Assembly (NCBI GenBank): GCA_965644315.1
Contig: CBFFRQ010000117.1
Location: 1-18,688, forward strand
Source: Caecitellus pseudoparvulus
Taxonomy: Eukaryota > Protista > Bigyra: Bicosoecida
Length of the DNA: 18,688 bases
Direction: 5' to 3'
A model generated the notes under the pieces. That model saw only the letters and a list, made by a program, of their open reading frames with translations. It searched no databases and was not told where the DNA came from. Positions within the stretch are counted from its first letter, which is position 1. Every line of letters starts with the position of its first letter. Below, piece after piece: positions 1-7,807 of the stretch. The position numbers and the translations under genes were made by a program.

Positions 1-2668
1 CGGAAGTGTACGCCGCCTGCGCAGCGCCTGGATGGACACGTTTGTGCTTGCAGCCCAACCATCCTCCCAAAACGCAACTCACAACACACCAAGCAACTCT
101 GATCACAAGGCCGCTGTCACTGCACTGGAGGCAGCGCGCAGACCCCCTGCTCCGCCCAGTGCTCTGCCTCACAGCATGGCATCTGGCGCCGCCTCCGGCG
201 AGGGTGAGGCGAGTCAACCTACCCTGGGCATCGGCCAGGCCTGGTTGCGGGCTGTCAAGCGCGATGCCCTGCTGCAGTTTCTTCTGGGCGTGCACGCCTT
301 CGGCGTCCAGCACGAGCAGGCCGTTGTGAGCCTGCTAGGCCACCCTGGCCAGCACACGCCACCCGGCCAAGCAACAACAGAGAGCAGCCAGGCAGCCAGT
401 CCCGTGCGCCGCGGCATCAGTGCATTTGTTCTCCGGCTCTTCTCGCAACAAGAAGGGAGCAAGGCGCCCTATTCGCCAACCCGCGAAGACGTGCAGGCTG
501 TCATGCAGTTCCTGGCGGCCAATTGTGTTGGTGTGTGGAGGTCGCTGCGGCGCGCACGCTCGCCCAGTTTGCCGCACCACGCCGCCGCGCCCCGCGCTCC
601 GCTGCAGATGAAACCCTCAAAGTTCTCTTTCTAGAAAGTGGTGTGAACTTTGACAGCGTCGGGGGCGACGTACGCCTGCTGCTGGTGGACCTCTCCAACC
701 TCGTGCTTGACTTCCAGGCTCGCGCTGCAATGCCACAGGCCGAGCAGGCCGACGAGCCCTTCCCCCTGATAGACTTCCCCAGCACACAGCCCCAGGGGGA
801 GCAGGCAAGCGAGGACTCGATTCAAGCGCTGCCTCCTGCCATGCGGCGCCTGCTGGCGGCAGCGCTGGCCGCTGAGCGCCCCCTTGCACTTGGTGCGGAA
901 AGTGATGCCCTCTCGGCACTTGTGACCACCGCGCTGTCGGCGGTGCGGCAGCAGACCGCCGCCTTGCGCCGCCAGCAAGCCGAGGGGAGGGCGACACACA
1001 CGCCCATCGTGACCGTGTCACAGCTGCGTCTGCTGCGCTACATGGCAGCGCAGCACGACGACCGCGTGGGCGAGGCAGTGCAGCCCGGCAACAGCCTGCC
1101 ACCCACTCTTGACACATGGCCCTTCCTGCTGCCGTCCCTGGCGCAGGCGGCACACCTTCGCCCGGCCTTTCGACCCCGCCCCCTGGTCTTGCTTCTGTGG
1201 TCCCTGCAACAGGCCTGGTTCGACAGCACCATGCGGAAGGCGCTGGGGTCTGCACTGCCCTCTGCACCCGTGTGCGCAGCTCCCCACCTCATGCCGGGGG
1301 CCACGGCACCCAGCCTGAACGCCCTGCGACCCACCGACGCCCCAGGGGAGGGTGCGTGGGTGTGCTCTGGCGGCGAGGAGGACGCTCCCCTCCTTCTGGG
1401 TGAGGAGCGCCCTCCACCAGCCACTGCCCTGGCAGCTGCGGCAAGGGAGGTGCACGGGCACTTCCCTCAGCGCCCCATTCGCCCGCGCTGGGAAAGCGAG
1501 TCTCCAGGGGGGTTCCCAGAAAGTCTTCGCAGAGGCTTGGCGGGCCTGGGGCCTGAGGAGGTGGACGCTCTGCTGGCCTCGGCATACGCGTCTACCCTCA
1601 TGCTGCGGGCCACGTTCAACTTGTCCGACTTCATGCGGCAGGTGTGGTACCCACACGTCATCCTGGCACACGCCCAGCACCTGTTCCCGCCCTGGACCAC
1701 GCCCTCCTCGCTGGCCCGCGCAGCTGAGCTGCACGCGGCAGAGGGCACCGCCCCCACGCCCACAGCAAGCGCCGCTGCAGCTGCCCCCCCAAGCAGCCCA
1801 CAGTCACCACCAGGGTGGGCAGCGGCGACCCAGGTGGCCCAAGCGAACCTCGCAGCCGCTGGCTCCGCCGCCACACAGCACTTCTACAAGCCCTTCATGC
1901 TGTCCTGGGCGCATGACGGCCTGCCGGGTGCCAACACCTCTGCCAGCAGCTGGATGATGGACACGTTGGCGGAGGAGGGCGACTGGCTGCCGGCCGTGAA
2001 CCCGCTGTTTTTCTACTTCCCCCAGGCCCTGCCGACAGGCAAGGCCGCCGCTGGCATCCTGCAGGACACGGAGTATGTGAGCGACGGCGGCCCAGCGAGT
2101 GGCAAGGATGTGGAGGTGACAGCGATGCGCCTGTGGGAGCGCGGCGCCAGCCAGGAGCTGAAGGAGGCAGGTAGGCAGCTGGACCTGCTGGTGGACCAGG
2201 GCAGCGAGAACGCCAAGCAGTTCAAGGCTGCTGCTGGTGCCCTCAGGGCTGCTGCCAAGGCCCGCAGGGACGTGGAGAAGAAGCTGCGGAGGAACTTGGA
2301 GACTGAGGGGCCCAAAGTGGAGGAGGCATTCACACGTCTGAAGGCCGCGCAGCAGCAGCGCACGGAGCTGTGGGACACTCTGGAAAAGCAAAACGTGGCC
2401 TATGCGTTCTTGGACAAAGTGCGGGCACTGGTACGGCTGGGCGCTGCCTCCTTCACGTTGGCGCGTGTCACCTCCACTTGCACCCCTCCCTTCTGCACAG
2501 GCTTCGCGCGAGAACCGCTGCGTTGGATGTCGTTGCTTGGTTCAGGGAGAGGGTGGATTCTGCTGCTGCCTCGGACCCATTGCCAGGCGCAGGGCGTGCT
2601 ACTTGTGCCTCCTCATTGCCGTGCTCATCGTCAACGTCGTCCTCCTCATCAACGCTGCTCGCTCCTGA
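1..2668 (+). CDS. 5'-partial large protein with C-terminal coiled coil and tail-anchor TM (SNARE-like C-terminus); exons <1-530, 608-2418, 2501-2668
   Basis: The frame of ORF 32..634 is open from base 2. Intron 531-607 (GTGTGT..CTGCAG) joins it in phase (G+AT = Asp) to DETLKVLF. Intron 2419-2500 (GTGCGG..GCACAG, phase 0) joins a helical charged region (ELKEAGRQLDLL...LEKQNVAYAFLDK) to ASRENRCVGCRC...RRRACYLCLLIAVLIVNVVLLINAARS*, a hydrophobic C-terminal anchor. Confidence 0.7.
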
Positions 2669-2787
2669 GCCTGTTTGAAATGAACCCTCGCGAATTTAGG
2701 CACAGCAGCGCACCTGCACGAAGCCAAAACCAAATCTTGGAAGACACAGCTCACGCTTGCAGGTGCTGCGCGGGGATTTGTGTGCCC

Positions 2788-5067
2788 ATGGACCGGTTTG
2801 TGGTGCGCAAAGCCCGGGTGGCTGTTGCCCAATTTCCGCAGGCCCGGCCAGCCCGCCGGCGCGGACGCAGGGCACGGGACCTGGACAGCCCCAGCTCCAG
2901 CAGCGCAGGGAGTGACGAAGAACTCAGCTCCAGCTACACACTCTCAACGGCGCCGAATCGAGGCGCTTCGCCTCGCAGCCCTGGCTCGGACAGCAGCACT
3001 GCTCTGGCTCAGCCAGCTCCCTCACGCGGGACGCTGCATGCGCATCTGCGACCTGTCCAGGGAAGTGTGCTGCCCCAAGCGCAGAGCTCTCCTCGTGTGC
3101 CACCCACTCGGCGCCGCAGGTGGCCGCATGGAGCGTCTGTTCTGGAGCAGCTGCGACTGCGGCGCATTGGCTGCGACGCTCACAGAGATTTGAAGGTGGC
3201 GCGGGCTAGGCAGGATGCTGCCTGCCACGCCGCCGCAGCAGAGAGCTGCAGCCTGTGGCAAGCGCCTTCGCCCAATGTGTTGGCGGCGCCTTGTGCGGCT
3301 CATGCAGCAGCAGGGCGTTTCGCCGTGCACGTTAAGTCCCGCTGCGCAGTCTGCACGTGGGTGCCAGGGCACAGACACACCCCCCCCCACGTGTCCGTGT
3401 TCTGGCGGCTTGACAACGTGGCTGAGTCGGTCCAAGCGCTGCACCTGGACGACTACGCCTGCCTCGTCGTCACCGCATCCGGCCGCAACGCGTCTCTGAG
3501 CCTGCACCTGCACCTGGTCACAGTGGTCGCTCGCCGATCTAGCCACGCCCTCGCCGCCTCAGCACAAGCAGCGCGAACGGTCTCCTGGCCAGACTCCGGC
3601 GGCGGCCGGCCCATCCTGGCTGTGCAGTCCGCCCTCCAGGCAGGACAGGGTCCACGCCTGGCGGTGAGCTGGGGGAGCAGGCTGGCCTGCTTCACGCTGC
3701 AGCCTCCCGTGGCCGGGCGGCCAGCCTGGGACCTGCCTCCCCCCACCTGGCACTGCAGCATCCTCGATCGCAGGCACACCGGGTCGCTGCATGCGTGGGC
3801 TGGCGGGCAGCAGGCGCAGCGCCAGGCGCCACAGCAGGGCGGGGGGAAGCCCCTGCCGCGGCGGCCGCGTCAGGCAGCCTTCGGGCTGGCGGCCCGCAGT
3901 GCTGGTGCGGCCAGCGTCAGGGGCGACAGGGACAGCGCGCATGGCACTAGGGGACCCACCACATCGGGGTCTGTCCCTCCTGCCTCATCTCTGCAGGGCC
4001 AGCAAGTCACAGCACGGCCCACTTCAGCTGGCGTTGCGGCGGGCGTTAGGGTGCCGTCGGCATTGACGCGATGTCAGGTCGCGCAGAAACGCCTGTTCGA
4101 CCGGGTCAAGAGTGCCTCGGGGGCGCAGCCTGGGCTGCACGCTGCACCGGGCAGCGGGCGTGTGGTGGCGGTGGAGTGGTCAGGGCAGTTTCTGCTGGTG
4201 GGCGTGGGGTCCACGCTGCAGGTGTGGGACACACACCGACTGTCCACCCCCTTATTCGGCTCCGCTGCAGAGCCCCACCTAGCGCAGTGCGTCAACGTGC
4301 ACAGCCTGTTCGCTTCCCCCCTCGCCATCGGGCACCCTGCTGGCGGCGGCTTCACCTGCCCGGCCCTGGCGGCTCCCCTCCGCAGCACGGCGTCCGGACC
4401 AGGCGCCGGCGTCGAGACTCGTTTCCCTGGCTGCGCGGTGCTGGAGACATGCAAGAACCGCATTCAGGGGCTGGTGTGCATTGGGCAAGGCAGCCTGGCA
4501 CTGGTGGTGCTGGTGGATGGCGCCGCGTTCACGTTGGATGCGCAGGCCGGGGAAGTGTGCAGCATGGGGTGGGGGGAGGGCGCCCCCAGAGCCAGCACAC
4601 CCTCCTTGGCGCCCCCTGCAGCCCTGCGCACGGCAGAGGCTACCGTATCAAGAGCCATCCTGAGGGCGGCACCGGTGGCTGTTCCCAGAATCGGCCCGGC
4701 GTCTGGCCAGCGCATCGTGCCCGACCCGACGGACACACGCGCCGTGCTGATCATGCATTGGCACGGGGAGACCATCCGTGCGATTCGCCTTCGACACACT
4801 GGCCGGGCGTCGAGTTGCGTTGGGGCGCTGCGCGTGCTGCCGAGTCTGCACAGCACGCAGCTGCCTTGGCAGGGCCGGGGCGCGCTGGAGGCGTTGGAAG
4901 CTGCGATACCCGTGCCTGCGTCAGGTGCGTGGGTGGCGGCCTCTGCGTCCTGCTCAGTCGGAGTGCAGGTGGTGGGGGAGGTGTGTGTTTCGTGGTCTGC
5001 AGACCTTCCCTCCTTGCTGACCCTGCGCCGCTGGCTGCAGCTCGTCAAATGCCCAGCTCGGCCATGA
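2788..5067 (+). CDS. Uncharacterised ~759-aa protein with degenerate WD40/beta-propeller-like segments and an N-terminal APIM-like motif
   Basis: This is the distal half of the 1514-aa ORF. ATG at 2788 gives MDRFVVRK, followed by a disordered S/R-rich region and beta-rich stretches, e.g. VVAVEWSGQFLLVGVGSTLQVWDT. The start codon, any introns and the 3' end are not certain. Confidence 0.5.
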   Translation: MDRFVVRKARVAVAQFPQARPARRRGRRARDLDSPSSSSAGSDEELSSSYTLSTAPNRGASPRSPGSDSSTALAQPAPSRGTLHAHLRPVQGSVLPQAQSSPRVPPTRRRRWPHGASVLEQLRLRRIGCDAHRDLKVARARQDAACHAAAAESCSLWQAPSPNVLAAPCAAHAAAGRFAVHVKSRCAVCTWVPGHRHTPPHVSVFWRLDNVAESVQALHLDDYACLVVTASGRNASLSLHLHLVTVVARRSSHALAASAQAARTVSWPDSGGGRPILAVQSALQAGQGPRLAVSWGSRLACFTLQPPVAGRPAWDLPPPTWHCSILDRRHTGSLHAWAGGQQAQRQAPQQGGGKPLPRRPRQAAFGLAARSAGAASVRGDRDSAHGTRGPTTSGSVPPASSLQGQQVTARPTSAGVAAGVRVPSALTRCQVAQKRLFDRVKSASGAQPGLHAAPGSGRVVAVEWSGQFLLVGVGSTLQVWDTHRLSTPLFGSAAEPHLAQCVNVHSLFASPLAIGHPAGGGFTCPALAAPLRSTASGPGAGVETRFPGCAVLETCKNRIQGLVCIGQGSLALVVLVDGAAFTLDAQAGEVCSMGWGEGAPRASTPSLAPPAALRTAEATVSRAILRAAPVAVPRIGPASGQRIVPDPTDTRAVLIMHWHGETIRAIRLRHTGRASSCVGALRVLPSLHSTQLPWQGRGALEALEAAIPVPASGAWVAASASCSVGVQVVGEVCVSWSADLPSLLTLRRWLQLVKCPARP

Positions 5068-6011
5068 TGCGTTTCATCTCCGCCTCGTCGGCACCCGCCC
5101 CCCCTCCACCAGCTGGCACGGCCGTGCGTGCTGTGGGCGTCGCAGTGGCGCCGGCAGGGGCCGCCACTGCTCCGGCCGGTGTGGCGCCCACCCCCGCCAG
5201 TGCTGCCGTGTGCTCCACGCCCACTTCGGCAAGTACTTGCGCCACGACGTCGTCAGCCTCCGCTTCATCGTCTTCAAAGGCGTCTGCCAGGGCGTCGTCC
5301 ATCATCTCCTGTGTCATGTCCATGCGCTCCGTGGCCATGGCGAAGTCACGTGCCACATGCATCATGTTCTGCTGCTGCATCTGGGCATTCTGCTGCTTCA
5401 GCACGCCAGTGGCCTTGGCCATAGCTGTACCCATGGACGCTGTCGCAGCCATGCTCTGTGTTGGTGGGAGGGGGAGCAAGTGCAGCTGCCGCCGGCAGGG
5501 GGTGCGCCCGTGCGCCGCAACGCACCGTCATCTGCATCTGCATGGAAGACATGTTGGCCGTGAACCCCATCAGTTTGGCCTCGTGGTTGCGCAGCTGCAC
5601 CAGCTGCTTCGCCAGCGTCTTGACAACGTCTTTGTTGCCCTGTCTGGCGGCTCGCTTGATCTCTGCGGTCACCTTCTCTTGCTCCCTCTGCGCAGAGGGC
5701 AGCGTTGCAGCGAGGTGGCAGCAGCGGCACTCTCTGAGCCAGTCGCCAGGTTCAGGCGGCGCTGAGCCAGGCGCCGCACCTTGTTAACCAAGCGCTGTCG
5801 CTCGACGTCTCGCTTGCCACGCTCGATTTCACGCTTCCCTTCCCTCGCGTTCTCTGCGGGGGGGGGACGCAGGGCGCTATGCGTGCGCTACCCAAGTGTG
5901 GGCGTTTCCGGGAAAGGTGCGCCTGGCTTGCCTGCCCAGTTTAGGGGCGTGGCAGCGCCTCGCACACTCACTTTTGGGATCCACAGGCTTTTGGCTACCA
6001 AATGAGAACAT
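5045..6011 (-). CDS. CHMP2: ESCRT-III subunit CHMP2/Vps2 (Snf7 family), 228 aa; exons 6011-5972, 5853-5780, 5687-5526, 5455-5045
   Basis: Three GT..CAG introns give a continuous frame: MFSFGSQKPVDPKKNAREGKREIERGKRDVERQRLVNKREQEKVTAEIKRAARQGNKDVVKTLAKQLVQLRN...ERMDMTQEMMDDALADAFEDDEAEADDVVAQVLAEVG...EAEMKRIMAELGI. This has typical Vps2 motifs (LAKQLV, EMMDDAL, VxQVLxExG) and a C-terminal MIM-like helix. Confidence 0.92.
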
Positions 6012-6099
6012 GCTGGGTGCTCAGGCACTCTGGGAGCTGCTTAGGTCGACAGGGAGCTGGCGAGGCTGGAGCAGGCCAGGTGCAGCAGCACTTCACGCT

Positions 6100-7251
6100 G
6101 TAAATGACCCCCTACCCGCGGCAAGGTACGCTAGAAGCAGGCGTGCATGGACGAAAGGCCAGGAGTGAAAAGTGCAGGGCCGAAGGTGGTGGGTGCTGGG
6201 GTGTGATTTGGATTTTGCAAGGCAGGGATCCCAAGGTGTCCGACTCCCCAACCTCCGGGTGTCAGGGAACTGGCCTTCGACCAGTTCTCGTATCCTTCCC
6301 TCAAGGACCTAAATAAACGATATCCTGTAGTCCATAGCATCGCTTTATGGGCAGAATATGTCTTCTTGTGTCATCCTCTGTGAGTCTGTGTGCCTCTGGA
6401 AGTGCTTCACGTGCGAGTCCGAGTCCTTGGCAGAGCATGAAGGCAACTTTGTGTCACCCACAAGGCTCCTCTGCCAGTTCCATGCGCACACCAGCAGCAA
6501 TGTGGCCAGCTGCTCGCCGAACGTAGCTGCACGTCGTGCTTGAAGAGGCTTCTGAGCCCCATCAGGTCATCAGGGGTCGTGACCTGGGCTATCTGCTACG
6601 GCGACAGCCCAATCGAAGCGAAGCTCTGCACCTGAAGCTTTTGAGCCACTCGGCAGAAAGACTTGCTGTCACATGCGATCGTCTCTGTCGAGACAGGGGC
6701 TGACTGTAGAAGCACCTGTGCCTCATGTACGAGGTTCCGTGCGTGCTCTAGCAAGGCTCTGAGCGCCTCACTGCCAGGCTGAGCTTTCATGGGCTTCTCA
6801 ACACTGAACGTCTTGGCCAGCGCAAGAACTTCTTGCTTGGTCATGCGATGCTTGGCCGGCAGGTGCTTTCTGAGAAGTGTTTCCTTTCGTGCTTCAATAA
6901 AGCACTTCAGGGTCTCAGACCACAGGATTGGTTCTCCAGCGCGCGAATCTGACCGCTGGAAACCCGCGAGACTGTTTCATTTAGCCTTCCACCCCTTCAG
7001 CCCAAGAATTGCAAGCAGGGGGAAGTTGCCAATGCGCAGGTCTGGGCAGACAGCCCTCCAGTTCTGAACTACAGCCTTCCCCTGGTTCACGGACTTCGTC
7101 TCGCAGAAGTGACGGCATACCTCCTGGCTGCAAAGCACACGCAAGAAGCAGCAATAGTGGGCAGTAACTTGCACCTAGGTGAGAAATTGAGAACTGGATG
7201 GAGCTTAGTGACAGTCACAGCCTCCCCAGACTCAGCCGTGCCCTCTGCCAT
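6100..7251 (-). pseudogene. Probable decayed spliced gene of unknown family
   Basis: ATG at 7251 (MAEGTAESG...) and a 47-nt GT..CAG intron (7174-7128) join in phase. One frame then continues through TGA (6979-6977) and TAG (6598-6596). After an apparent frameshift near 6550, another frame has TAA (6347-6345) and TAG (6311-6309). GC is lower than in the flanking genes. The 3' boundary is approximate. Confidence 0.4.
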
Positions 7252-7264
7252 CACGCAGCGAAGG

Positions 7265-7795
7265 TGAAACGTGACCGAAACCCCGGCTGACAACGCCTCA
7301 GTTTCAAACGAATCTGGTCATGTTCAGGAGCCTAGGGGCGTAAATATCAAGCCTCAAGTACAAAAAGTCCTTTAATTCGGTGTATTGTCGGCAAAGTGGC
7401 ACTTGACCCTGCTCGGGAACCAGGGCTGGCAGGCAGATGGAGGAGGAGAGTCCCCCGTCGGCTTGGACACGGGCGGTAAGGGGGGGATCCACAAGTGGGG
7501 GCACCCCCCCTATGGTTGGAATGTCCGGCATCTCAGCGAGAAAGGTGCAGAAATAGCTTCCCGGGCACCCCTTAGATCCCTGTTGCAAGGTTGCCCGAAT
7601 GCCTGTGCAGCTGCAGCCTCGCGAGTGCGCGGCCCAGCCCCCCTCCGACATGTGCATTTCGGCTGCAAGCCAACCCCCTCACCACAACTAAACACTGGAA
7701 CCAAGCATGATTCAGGGGAACCCAAGGCTATGGTGCTGAGTTCAACTGCCTTTCAATCGGCTCGGCACGCGGCCAGCATGAAACGTGACTGAAAC
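7265..7795 (+). repeat. Two direct copies of TGAAACGTGACYGAAAC (7265-7281 and 7779-7795), 514 bp apart
   Basis: The copies are 16/17 identical. Similarity extends 5' (24/30 for 7252-7281 vs 7766-7795, counted by hand). Confidence 0.7.
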
Positions 7796-7807
7796 TCCCA
7801 GTTCAGC

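Noticed and set aside
523-5067. Single 1514-aa protein as given in the ORF track
   Set aside because: It starts inside gene 1 and runs through two GT..CAG introns and an intergenic-like stretch. Two genes explain it better; the open bridge is kept only as a low-interest finding.
4071-5765. 564-aa plus-strand ORF and similar long ORFs (12537..13472, 9368..10291, 17118..18410)
   Set aside because: These are alternative-frame or antisense shadows of real GC-rich genes, with no recognisable domains.
6977-6979. In-frame TGA in the relic as a second Sec codon, or stop-codon reassignment
   Set aside because: The same region also has TAG and TAA interruptions and an apparent frameshift, with no redox motif and no SECIS seen. 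The intact genes use standard stops.
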